The notes beneath the pieces are model-generated. The model searched no databases. It had not been told where the DNA came from and saw only the letters and a program-made list of their open reading frames with translations. This document shows positions 1-8,690 of a DNA stretch of 64,000 nt, piece after piece; positions within the stretch are counted from its first letter, which is position 1, and every line of letters begins with the position of its first letter. This DNA comes from Chloroflexota bacterium (lineage in GTDB: Bacteria > Chloroflexota > UBA11872 > VXNJ01). Position numbers and translations under genes: made by a program. The stretch lies in contig OZ252242.1 in NCBI GenBank assembly GCA_965249595.1, positions 848,569-912,568 on the forward strand, given 5' to 3'.

Positions 1-181
1 CCGGCAGGGCCGAAAGTTCAAGTTCACGCCGGCATAGCTGGGCGACCATCGACAGCGCCTTGGCGTCGATGTCGTAGAACACGAACCGGGTGTCGGCCAA
101 TTCGGGAACGCTGACGATATCGCGGACCAGCTGGCGGGTGAATACGAGGCTGCCGGCACCTATAAAAGTCACCTTTAGCAC
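1..181 (-). CDS. Glycoside hydrolase family 4-like (NAD-dependent alpha-glucosidase/galactosidase family), N-terminal ~60 codons only; gene continues beyond window start
   Basis: Reverse-strand translation gives VTFIGAGSLVFTRQLVRDIVSVPELADTRFVFYDIDAKALSMVAQLCRRELELSALP, matching the Rossmann N-terminus (IGAGS...DID) of GH4 enzymes. In-frame stop upstream of candidate GTG starts at ~172/181. Not in ORF track because truncated and lacks ATG. Confidence 0.5.
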   Translation of the reverse strand, partial: MLKVTFIGAGSLVFTRQLVRDIVSVPELADTRFVFYDIDAKALSMVAQLCRRELELSALP

Positions 182-226
182 CAGGGGATCTCGCTCGCTA
201 TAGGGGACTGGGTGTTGAAACGGACA

Positions 227-1093
227 TCATTGTTGGCCACCGAACTGGGTGAGGACCTCAAGCCCGTCGGTGGTGAGCGCCAAGGTGTGTTCGAAGTGGG
301 CGGCCCAGCTGCCGTCGGCCGTGTAGATACCCCAGCCATCGGCCGCGGTGCGGGTCTGATCGCTGCCGGCGGCGACGATCGGTTCAATGCAAAAAGTTGA
401 GTTTTCAATCAGTTTTACATTGACTGCGCCGGCCAAACGATTGGGGATGTGCGGCGGCTCCCAGATCAGGTGACCGACGCCATGCCCGCCCAGTTGGGCG
501 ACCGGCAAGAATCCGTCGCTTCGGACCCTGCGCTCAATCACCCTTGAGATATTGGTCACGCCGACCCCCAGCTGGCAGGTCGCAATCGCGTCGCTAAGGG
601 CCCGCTTGGTCGCGTCGAGCAGCTTCTGAATCGGCTCGGCTATTTCGCCCACCGGCCATGTCCAGGCCGCATCGGTCTTGAGCCCCTCGAATTCCACCCC
701 GACGTCGATGGTTACGATGTCGCCTTCAACCAATGCCCGCTGGTCGGGGATCCCGTGCACCACCATCTCGTTGACCGAGTAACAAATGGCCCCCGGAAAT
801 GGATTCTGTTCGCCATAGGGGGCGTAACCCAAAAAACTCGGCTGGGCCCCGGCAGTGCGGATTATTGCGGTGGCCAACGAGTCGAGCTCACGCCCGGTTA
901 CGCCCGGTTGGATGGCGGAGGACATTTCCTCGAGCACGCTGGCCAATATCTGGCCCGATCGCCGCATCGCCGCAAGCTCGGTGGCGGTCTTGGGGATGAA
1001 ACCCTCGGATGCCGGGCCGGCCCCGCGGCGGGCTCGCCGTTGGCGCGACCGCCTAGCGATAGATCGTCTCGCGCGCCTGTCGCTGGATTTCAT
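227..1093 (-). CDS. map: Methionine aminopeptidase type I (probable type Ic with basic N-terminal extension)
   Basis: ORF 227..1216 contains the full MetAP pita-bread core (FLGYAPY...HGIP...DIVTIDVG...GHGVGHLIWEPPHI...EPIVAAG). The only ATG/GTG/TTG between codon 1 and the conserved IPKT..EL..MRRSG region is ATG at 1093. This gives an Arg-rich ~30-aa N-terminal extension. Confidence 0.8.
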   Translation of the reverse strand: MKSSDRRARRSIARRSRQRRARRGAGPASEGFIPKTATELAAMRRSGQILASVLEEMSSAIQPGVTGRELDSLATAIIRTAGAQPSFLGYAPYGEQNPFPGAICYSVNEMVVHGIPDQRALVEGDIVTIDVGVEFEGLKTDAAWTWPVGEIAEPIQKLLDATKRALSDAIATCQLGVGVTNISRVIERRVRSDGFLPVAQLGGHGVGHLIWEPPHIPNRLAGAVNVKLIENSTFCIEPIVAAGSDQTRTAADGWGIYTADGSWAAHFEHTLALTTDGLEVLTQFGGQQ

Positions 1094-1913
1094 ATATTGA
1101 ACCGACTGTGGCCGGTTTAGGCAGCGGTATGCGCACTGGATGATCGGAACAGCGCATCTGGTCCGGCTCCTCGCCCCGCAACAGCCAACGCTTAAATTCT
1201 TCAAAGTCCGGCACACCCATCAGCGGCCAGGCGTCGGCGGCGGTAAATTCGATGAGCCAAAGGCGACGCGGGTCATTTGAAGTATTGGGCTCAGAGCCGT
1301 GCAGGGTGCGGGCATGGTGGACCGAAACGCTGCCCGCCGGAAGCTCTAGGAGCTCGGCCTTCGAAAGATCGAGATCGCCATCGGTTGCGGCCACCGCACC
1401 GGAAAAGGCGCCGCCCGAATGGTGGTTTAAGACCGGCAAGCGCTGCGTGCCCGGGATGCACTGCAAACAGCCGTTCTCGATCGTGCAGTCATCCAGGCAT
1501 ACGCCGATGGCCAACACATCGTCATTTGAGTGCGGGTAGAAAGAGTAATCCTGGTGCCATTCAACGGGACTGCCCACCTCGGCAATTTTTAGATTGAGCT
1601 TGTCGTTGCGATAGCGAATGCCGTGATGGCCGAGCAACGGATCGACCAGATCGAGCAGCGCTGCGGATCGCATTACGCGGTCAAAAACCGAGGAGACCAG
1701 GGCCGGGGTCTTCAAACGCCGGAGCCGCGGATTTTCGGGAGTGTGCGAAGGCTCCAGGTCAAAGACCGAATCGCTCTCCGTAACTGCCCGCGACTTCTCA
1801 ACAAAGCGGTCGGTCTCAGCGCGCAGTTCGCCAATAACCGCTGCGGAGAGAACATTTTCAACGCCGATGAATCCGCGTTCCTGGTATTCGGTTATCTGAT
1901 CTGCTGTTAACAT
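1053..1913 (-). CDS. Phytanoyl-CoA dioxygenase (PhyH) family Fe(II)/2-oxoglutarate-dependent oxygenase
   Basis: 286-aa ORF with WHQDYSFYP...HARTLHGSEPN motifs typical of the PhyH family. Confidence 0.8.
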   Translation of the reverse strand: MLTADQITEYQERGFIGVENVLSAAVIGELRAETDRFVEKSRAVTESDSVFDLEPSHTPENPRLRRLKTPALVSSVFDRVMRSAALLDLVDPLLGHHGIRYRNDKLNLKIAEVGSPVEWHQDYSFYPHSNDDVLAIGVCLDDCTIENGCLQCIPGTQRLPVLNHHSGGAFSGAVAATDGDLDLSKAELLELPAGSVSVHHARTLHGSEPNTSNDPRRLWLIEFTAADAWPLMGVPDFEEFKRWLLRGEEPDQMRCSDHPVRIPLPKPATVGSIYEIQRQARETIYR

Positions 1914-2018
1914 GCGGCCACTCTTGGCAATCTTTGGCGACCGCCACCCTGAAAATTAGTCTAATGCGTGCGAATATTTGGCAAGGGCCGTCGCCGGCCA
2001 CCTGATCGGACTGTCTAA

Positions 2019-2480
2019 TTGTTGGAATCCCTGCGGTTTTTACATATTCTTTTTGCCCTCAGCCTCTTCGCCGGGCTGGGTGCTTCGATGGCTCTCGCGC
2101 CGCTGGTACGAGTGCTGATTGGGACGGGCCATCTGGCAGCGGTAATTTCGGCTGCTGAACGCAACGTTCGCGTGGTTTCCATCCCGTCGGGCATCGCTAC
2201 CGTGGTCTTTGGCTACGCCGCGGCCGAGTCCGGCCGCTGGAACACCTTTGACGAAGCATGGCTGTTGCTTTCGTTGATCGGCTCCGTCGCGCTCGTTGGC
2301 CTTAACGCATTCATCGTGCTACCGCACCTGCGATTGATAAAAACCGAGTTGGCGCGTTCGGCGGTGCCGGGCCCGGAGCTCATTGCCCGAATCACCAGGC
2401 CGCTGATCCGCTATATCGGCATGGCGCAGATGATCACGCTTCTGGTCATCGTCTACTTGATGGTGCAAAAGCCCTTCTAG
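2019..2480 (+). CDS. Hypothetical integral membrane protein (4 predicted TM helices)
   Basis: 153-aa ORF, strongly hydrophobic segments. No recognisable catalytic motif. Confidence 0.45.
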   Translation: MLESLRFLHILFALSLFAGLGASMALAPLVRVLIGTGHLAAVISAAERNVRVVSIPSGIATVVFGYAAAESGRWNTFDEAWLLLSLIGSVALVGLNAFIVLPHLRLIKTELARSAVPGPELIARITRPLIRYIGMAQMITLLVIVYLMVQKPF

Positions 2481-4366
2481 AGCTGTCCGACCCAAACCTG
2501 CATCGAACTGGCTCCGCGATTGCCCCAGGCGAAATAGGGAATCGCCACCAATTCGCGGTCGACGACCTTGCGCGTTCCGGCTTCAGTACCCGAATAGATC
2601 GAAAAGGAAGCGTCGGTAACCGGTTCCATTTGACCACCCTTGAGCCGGATAACCGTCGCCCCGCCGACCAGCTCCGGGTCGTATTCGAGTGATGGCTCGG
2701 GTTCGCGGGCGATTCCAAAGTCGTAGGCATGGTCGCCGCCCAGGCTGGCCGATTCAATGCAATATACAAGTGGCCCACGAGCCAGCGCCACGCGCCCGAG
2801 GTTTTCAGTTAGTCGCGGATTGGCGTAAATCGACCGGGTGGCCATCGGGAGGTCCAGCACGATCTTCTCTCCGGCCGAAAACTGCCGCCGCAGCCGCAGA
2901 TATTCGCCAGCGGCGGCGGGCCGACGTCCGTCGATCGTCACGGTCGCCTCCTGGGCCCACGCCGGAATCCGGATAAGGAGCTCGGCCTCGGCGGCCGGAG
3001 CGCGCTGGACGGCAAATTCCACCTGGCCGCCCCATGGGTAATTTGTCGAAACAGCCAGTTCGAAACCACCGGCGTTGACCGTTCCGGCCAGGAACTGATG
3101 GATCCAGAGACCTTCGTCAGAAACCGAATAGCAATACCCGGGCAGCGAGAGCAATAGACGCGCCACGTTGGGAGGGCAGCATGAACAGGCGAACCACTCA
3201 TCACGGGCGTATTGGCCGCGTGATGCCAGCGGATTCATATAGAAATAGCCGGTACCGTCGTGTGAGAGCCCTGAAATGATGCTGTTGAACAGCTGCGTCT
3301 CGATGGCCTCGGCATAGCGGGCATCGCCGGTCAGGCACAGCAGCCGATGACTCCAAAACACGCCACCGATCGCCGCACATGTTTCGGCGTAGGCCCGCTC
3401 ATTGGGAAGTTCGAAATCATCCCCGAACGCCTCGCCGTCATAGCGGGCCCCTAGCGCCCCGGTCAGATAGGCCTTGCGTCCGTAGGCGTTCTCCCAGAGA
3501 TTTTCGGAAGCCTGCCGCATGCCGGGATCATCGCGCTCTAGGGCGATGTCGGTCATAGCGCTGGCCATGTAGGTGAGGCGGACTGCATGACCCCATGCCT
3601 CATGCTGTTCGCGGACCGGGAGATGGTCCTGGTAGTACTGGCGGTCGCGATACCGCGGATCGCCGTTCATGCGGGTCTCCGGTTGGCCACGCTGCTCAAG
3701 AAAATAGAGCGCCTGATCCAGGTAACGCGATTCCTGGGTCTCGCGGGCCAATTCGGCCAGGGCCAATTCGATTTCCTCGTGGCCATCGGTCAACTCGAGT
3801 TTGCCGGGCCCAAACGTTGCGCAAATGTGGTCGGCGGCGCGAACCGCCACGTCGAACAGCACACTTTGCCCGCGCGCCCGGCGGTGGGCGATCCCGGCCT
3901 GGATCAAATGACCCATGCAATAGAGTTCGTGCTTGTTTACCAGGTCGGTGTAGCGCTCAGCGGCGTGCTCATGCGTGAAATAGGAATTGATGTAGCCGCT
4001 CTCTTCCTGGGCGGCGGCGATTTCCTCTATCGCGCTGTCAATTGCCGCGGCCACATCATCGGAGACTCCTTCGGCAAGACCGAAACTGGCGGCTTCCAAG
4101 AGCTTGTAGACATCGGAATCGTTGAAAAATATTCCGCTGAATCGATCAACGGCTTTGCGGCCCGATGCGCGGCGGAAATTGTCGATGCGACCGGTGGCTT
4201 CGCAATGGTGGAACTGCCGCTCAAGTGAGACGTCGCGCACCACCTCGCGCCAGTGTCGCCAGAAACCGTCGCCGACGGTAACTGCGGAAATCGGAACCGG
4301 CCGCAGTTTGGCGTTTGGGCTGCGACTGGTGTCTATGACCACATCGCACTTTGTTTTCATCGTCAT
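2477..4366 (-). CDS. Glycoside hydrolase family 127 (beta-L-arabinofuranosidase HypBA1-like, DUF1680)
   Basis: 629-aa ORF. Conserved GH127 Cys-rich catalytic/Zn motif 'EWFACSCCPPN' and overall DUF1680-like composition. Confidence 0.75.
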   Translation of the reverse strand: MTMKTKCDVVIDTSRSPNAKLRPVPISAVTVGDGFWRHWREVVRDVSLERQFHHCEATGRIDNFRRASGRKAVDRFSGIFFNDSDVYKLLEAASFGLAEGVSDDVAAAIDSAIEEIAAAQEESGYINSYFTHEHAAERYTDLVNKHELYCMGHLIQAGIAHRRARGQSVLFDVAVRAADHICATFGPGKLELTDGHEEIELALAELARETQESRYLDQALYFLEQRGQPETRMNGDPRYRDRQYYQDHLPVREQHEAWGHAVRLTYMASAMTDIALERDDPGMRQASENLWENAYGRKAYLTGALGARYDGEAFGDDFELPNERAYAETCAAIGGVFWSHRLLCLTGDARYAEAIETQLFNSIISGLSHDGTGYFYMNPLASRGQYARDEWFACSCCPPNVARLLLSLPGYCYSVSDEGLWIHQFLAGTVNAGGFELAVSTNYPWGGQVEFAVQRAPAAEAELLIRIPAWAQEATVTIDGRRPAAAGEYLRLRRQFSAGEKIVLDLPMATRSIYANPRLTENLGRVALARGPLVYCIESASLGGDHAYDFGIAREPEPSLEYDPELVGGATVIRLKGGQMEPVTDASFSIYSGTEAGTRKVVDRELVAIPYFAWGNRGASSMQVWVGQL

Positions 4367-4396
4367 TTCCTTTAACGCGCAGTTCTCGACTGACCG

Positions 4397-5635
4397 GTGG
4401 CAATGTACGTCACTGGAATATTTAAGCCTGCCAAGGTTCTAATGGCCGTGATTGCATTTCCACCCAACTTGCGGAAGGATTCGTCGGCCGTGCAGATAAC
4501 TAGCGTCAAAGCAACCTTGCTCAAAGTGCCCTACCCGGTCGGTTTTGAGGCGGCCTGGGAACCCGGAGTTGTCCGCCAGGATCGCGATGTGACGGTGGTG
4601 CGGATCGCCACCGACGCGGGGCTGGTTGGCTGGGGAGCAAGCGGCTCTGACCAAGCCGGCAGCATCAACCTTCTGGCGGCACCGTTCTTAATCGGCGCCG
4701 ATCCGTTGGCCCTGGAGCGCCACGCGGGAATTACCCGCTACGCCAACGGCGCCTGGATCGTTGAAATGGCGCTGTGCGACATAGTTGGCAAGGCGGCCGG
4801 GCTGCCGTTGAGCAAACTCTGGGGCCGGTACACTGACCGGATTCCGGCTTACGCCTCGATCGTCGCCCAACGAACCCCCGATGAGCGCGCCGAAGACGCA
4901 CTTGAACTGCTCTCCCAGGGTTTCAAAGCAATCAAGCTCCGCGCCCATGCGGCCACGGTGGCCGAAGACATAGCGATGGTGGCGGCGGTACGTGATGCGG
5001 TTGGCGACCAGATGGCAATCATGGTCGATGCAAACCAGGCCGGGGCGGCCTCGGGACCCGCCAAGCACCCGCTGGATCCGGTGGTTTGGGATTTTGACCG
5101 GGCCCTGGAAACCGCCCGTGCCTACGAGGAATTGGGCGTGTACTGGCTTGAAGAGCCGCTGCCGCGTTACGACTATGAGGCCATCGCCCAATTGACCGAT
5201 TCGGTGGAGTTAAAGATCGCCGGCGGTGAGGGAAATCGCGGATTGCATGAGTTCCACCAGATGCTCGATTACGGTGCCTATGACATCATTCAGCCGGATG
5301 CGACAACCAGTGAGGGTCTCTGGCAGTTGCGACGGATCGCTACCGCCTGCGAACGGTCCGGCAAGTTATTCATTCCGCATCACGGCGCCAACGGCATCGC
5401 GCTGGCGGCCCATATGCAACTTTGTTCGACCGTGCCTAACTGTCCCTGGGTCGAATACATCATTGACCCGCCCTGGCGAACGGTTCAGTCTTACCAACAG
5501 CTCTACGGGGTAATGCGCGACCCGTTGCTTATCGATGCCGATGGTTGCTTGGCGGTGCCCGGCGGTCCTGGCCTGGGGGTGGATATCGACGAGGAGGCAA
5601 TTGCCCGATTGGCGGTCCGCCAAGGTAACGAATGA
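4397..5635 (+). CDS. Enolase-superfamily enzyme (mandelate racemase/muconate lactonizing enzyme family; sugar-acid dehydratase-like)
   Basis: 412-aa ORF with MR/MLE signature regions (KAIKLRAH..., MVDANQAG..., YWLEEPLP..., LKIAGGEG..., DIIQPD). Confidence 0.85.
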   Translation: MAMYVTGIFKPAKVLMAVIAFPPNLRKDSSAVQITSVKATLLKVPYPVGFEAAWEPGVVRQDRDVTVVRIATDAGLVGWGASGSDQAGSINLLAAPFLIGADPLALERHAGITRYANGAWIVEMALCDIVGKAAGLPLSKLWGRYTDRIPAYASIVAQRTPDERAEDALELLSQGFKAIKLRAHAATVAEDIAMVAAVRDAVGDQMAIMVDANQAGAASGPAKHPLDPVVWDFDRALETARAYEELGVYWLEEPLPRYDYEAIAQLTDSVELKIAGGEGNRGLHEFHQMLDYGAYDIIQPDATTSEGLWQLRRIATACERSGKLFIPHHGANGIALAAHMQLCSTVPNCPWVEYIIDPPWRTVQSYQQLYGVMRDPLLIDADGCLAVPGGPGLGVDIDEEAIARLAVRQGNE

Positions 5636-5683
5636 GCCCAGATTTCGTGCCGAATCGGCAATTTTGGATTTGAGCGATGCAAG

Positions 5684-5697
5684 TACTATCGATAGTA
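5684..5697. promoter_or_regulatory. Perfect 14-bp palindrome TACTATCGATAGTA ~275 bp upstream of nrdB; candidate NrdR-box-like operator
   Basis: Seen directly in sequence. CTAT..ATAG core resembles the NrdR box consensus (acaCwAtATaTwGtgt). Only a single copy, no tandem partner found. Confidence 0.25.
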
Positions 5698-5972
5698 GAC
5701 TCACTAGGCAACTGGTCGCAGCTGCCGCCCTAGGCGGTAGGCCTGTCGGAAACAATTACAGGGACCGCCCCATCCACCGCAACGCTAAATCTGCCGTAAT
5801 TGGCGCTATTTGCAATATCGCCGCTTGATATTTCTAGAATCAACGCTCAATTGCGGCGGGGGAAATTGCGCCTCCAGAACGTCCAACCCCGTCGTGGCGC
5901 AGTTGGATTTTTGCCGGAAACCAATGCGGTTCAAGGCATGGAAATAGCTTCCCGGGTGAAAGTAGCAGGCAA

Positions 5973-7082
5973 TTGAAATCAGCCGAAATTGTCAATCCTG
6001 CCAATGCCGGGCCGCTTGATTTCTCACTGGATGAATCGCCTTCGACCGAGAGCGCTTGGGATCTGACCGAGCGGATCGACCCCGCCCTCAAGCGTTTATT
6101 AAATTGCGCCCGCGTCGATGTCAATCAACTGATTCCGCTCAAATACAACTGGGCGTGGGAGCATTACCTCAACGGTTGTGCCAACCACTGGATGCCGACC
6201 GAAGTGTCGATGCAACGCGACATCGAGCTGTGGCGCTCCGATCGGCTCAGCGACGCCGAGCGCACTGTGATCATGCGCAATTTGGGATTCTTCTCAACCG
6301 GCGAGTCGCTCGTTGGCAACAACATCGTGCTTTCAATCTTTAAGCACATCACCAATTCGGAGGCGCGCCAGTACCTGCTGCGGCAGGCGTTTGAGGAAGC
6401 TCTGCACACCCACGCCTTTGTTTACATAACCGATTCGCTGGGCCTAGATTCACGCGCCGTCTTCAATATGTACAACGAGGTCGACTCCATTGAGGGCAAA
6501 GACGCATTTGTGATGCGGCTGACCGAGGACGTGCTGGATCCGCAATTTAGCACCGATTCGATCGACGGCATTCAGCGATTTATAAAGAATCTGATTGGTT
6601 TCTATGTCGTTATGGAAGGGATCTTTTTCTACTCCGGATTCGTAATGATCCTCTCGTTCCACCGCCGCAATCAAATGACCGGCATCGGCGAGCAATTTCA
6701 ATACATCATGCGTGACGAAACGATCCATTTGAATTTCGGGATCGATCTCATCAACACCATTCACGAAGAAAACCCCGAAGCATGGACGCCTCAGCTCGAG
6801 GCGGAGATCGTCGAATTGATCGAGCAGGCCGTGGATTACGAGGTGGCCTACGCTCGTGACTGCCTCCCGTCGGGAGTTTTGGGATTAAAGGCGGATATGT
6901 TTCGCGATTACGTTGAACACATTGCCGACCGGCGCCTAGAGCGCATTGGGCTTGCGGCCCGCTTTGGGTCCAAGAACCCATTTCCGTGGATGAGCGAAGT
7001 GGTTGATATCCCCAAAGAGAAAAATTTCTTCGAAACCCGGGTCACGGAATACTCGAGCGCGAGCACCTTGTCCTGGGACTAA
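5973..7082 (+). CDS. nrdB: Ribonucleotide reductase small subunit (R2), class Ic-like (Phe at radical-Tyr position, Glu at first metal ligand)
   Basis: 369-aa ORF. Di-metal ligand motifs: 'TGESLV' (Glu in place of E. coli D84), '[10 protein letters not shown]' (Phe in place of Y122), '[10 protein letters not shown]', 'RDETIHLNF'. Conserved Trp in 'HWMPTEV' and C-terminal tail Tyr retained. Confidence 0.85.
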   Translation: MKSAEIVNPANAGPLDFSLDESPSTESAWDLTERIDPALKRLLNCARVDVNQLIPLKYNWAWEHYLNGCANHWMPTEVSMQRDIELWRSDRLSDAERTVIMRNLGFFSTGESLVGNNIVLSIFKHITNSEARQYLLRQAFEEALHTHAFVYITDSLGLDSRAVFNMYNEVDSIEGKDAFVMRLTEDVLDPQFSTDSIDGIQRFIKNLIGFYVVMEGIFFYSGFVMILSFHRRNQMTGIGEQFQYIMRDETIHLNFGIDLINTIHEENPEAWTPQLEAEIVELIEQAVDYEVAYARDCLPSGVLGLKADMFRDYVEHIADRRLERIGLAARFGSKNPFPWMSEVVDIPKEKNFFETRVTEYSSASTLSWD

Positions 7083-7261
7083 TTCACGTCGCAGATGCGC
7101 CGAGTATGTTGGGCCGGGTGTATATTTGAGAGTGGTAGTTGAAGAGTGAAGTTGGAGGGGGACGATGCAAAGGCTCCATGCAATTCTGCGTCGCTGGCAA
7201 GTTGACTATCCCAAGCCTTTTGGCGCGTTTGGGCGCTAAGAGGCTCTACAATCTCTCAAAC

Positions 7262-7295
7262 GACGGGGGCCCCGTGAGGGGCCCCCGTCTTTATT
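7262..7295 (+). terminator. Rho-independent terminator after nrdB
   Basis: GACGGGGGCCCC-GTGA-GGGGCCCCCGTC hairpin (12-bp GC-rich stem) followed by TTTATT. Confidence 0.7.
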
Positions 7296-7369
7296 GCCTA
7301 ACCCAGCGACTCCCCTTGTCGGTGGCCGCTGAATGCGGGCTTTTCGACATTTGAGAATTTGAGTTTGCT

Positions 7370-8452
7370 ATGCGGTTTGGCATCTTTTCCATGCCCCTGC
7401 ATCCGCCCGAGAAACCGTTAAAGCAGGGATTTGAAGAAGACTTAGCCTGGATCTCGGAACTTGAGACCAAGGGATTCAGCGAAGCCTGGGCCGGCGAACA
7501 TATCACCAGCCAATGGGAAAACTACCCGGCCGTCGAAATATTTCTGGCCGCCCTGGCGCGTGAAACGAAGACCATCCGGTTGGGCACCGGAGTCTCGTTG
7601 TTGCCCCTGCATAACCCTGCTGAAGTGGCGCTGCGAATCGCCTTCCTTGATCAACTGTCCGGCGGCCGCGTCAACTTTGGCGCCGGTCCCGGCGGATTGG
7701 CGACCGACCGTCCCTTCCTCAATGTTGAAGTCGAGCGCCCCGAGTATCTGAAGCGTTTTACCGAGGCCCTCGACATGATCCTCCACATCTGGACCCACGA
7801 GGCGCCGTACACCCTGGCCGGCGAGTTCTGGCGCATAGACCTGCAGGCGGTGAGCCAGGACATCGGCCTGGGCTGGGCCATGCCGCCTTTGCAAAAGCCG
7901 CACCCGCCGGTGATGATTCCTGGCGTGTCCTTCCGATCGGGCAGCCTGCGCATTGCCGGCATGCGAGGCTGGAACTGCCTTTCGACGAATTTCCTCCCCA
8001 CCTGTGACCTGAACGGACAATGGGAAGCCTACAAAGAAGGGGCCGAGTCGGTCGGGCGAACTCCCGATCCTGACAAATGGGGTATCACGCGTGATATTTT
8101 CGTCGCCGATTCCGATGCCGAAGCCAGGCGATTCATGCTTGAAAACAGCCCGGCGGCCTCATACGACCGTTACATGTTTAATCTGACCAAGCGGTCGAAT
8201 AACTTCGCGGCTTTCAAGGGGTCCCAGCCCGACCGACCTGACTCCGATATCAACGTAAAGTACTTGGCTGACAACGCTTGGATCTACGGCAGTCCGCAGA
8301 CTGTGGCCGACCAGCTCAATACCATTCGTGACCAGGTTGCGCCGTTTGGGTCGCTGGTGATGATCGCCCACGATATCGAAGACTTTGCGCCCTGGCGCCA
8401 CTCGGTCGATCTATTGGTCAACGAGGTAATGCCGTTGATCGAGCAGCCATAG
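7370..8452 (+). CDS. LLM-class (luciferase-like) flavin-dependent oxidoreductase
   Basis: 360-aa ORF with typical LLM N-terminus (MRFGIF...PLH...EAWAGEH...) and TIM-barrel composition. Confidence 0.85.
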   Translation: MRFGIFSMPLHPPEKPLKQGFEEDLAWISELETKGFSEAWAGEHITSQWENYPAVEIFLAALARETKTIRLGTGVSLLPLHNPAEVALRIAFLDQLSGGRVNFGAGPGGLATDRPFLNVEVERPEYLKRFTEALDMILHIWTHEAPYTLAGEFWRIDLQAVSQDIGLGWAMPPLQKPHPPVMIPGVSFRSGSLRIAGMRGWNCLSTNFLPTCDLNGQWEAYKEGAESVGRTPDPDKWGITRDIFVADSDAEARRFMLENSPAASYDRYMFNLTKRSNNFAAFKGSQPDRPDSDINVKYLADNAWIYGSPQTVADQLNTIRDQVAPFGSLVMIAHDIEDFAPWRHSVDLLVNEVMPLIEQP

Positions 8453-8690
8453 GAAAACCTGCCCGCAAAGTTCTTTGCGGGCCGCTGAGCTTACAACCTT
8501 GGAATGGCGCTGGCGATGTAGTTGTGCCCGAGAACGAGGGTACGGTCGTAGTGACCGAGCTGGTTTCGATGTATTGAGCCCGGGCCTTAACTCTGGCGAT
8601 TCGATGTCTACCATGGAAAGGTAACTGGCAGGGCCCGCGCAGTACGAGGGCCCACTGCTCACCGGCAGGCGCAGCGGAACTGGTGGACCT

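Noticed and set aside
5636-5972. Possible riboswitch (e.g. cobalamin) in nrdB leader
   Set aside because: Class I R2 genes are not expected to be B12-regulated. No recognisable riboswitch core motifs seen by eye.
8459-8481. Hairpin CCCGCAAAG-TTC-TTTGCGGG after the LLM gene as a terminator
   Set aside because: Good stem but not followed by a U-tract. Reported only here as a possible weak terminator.
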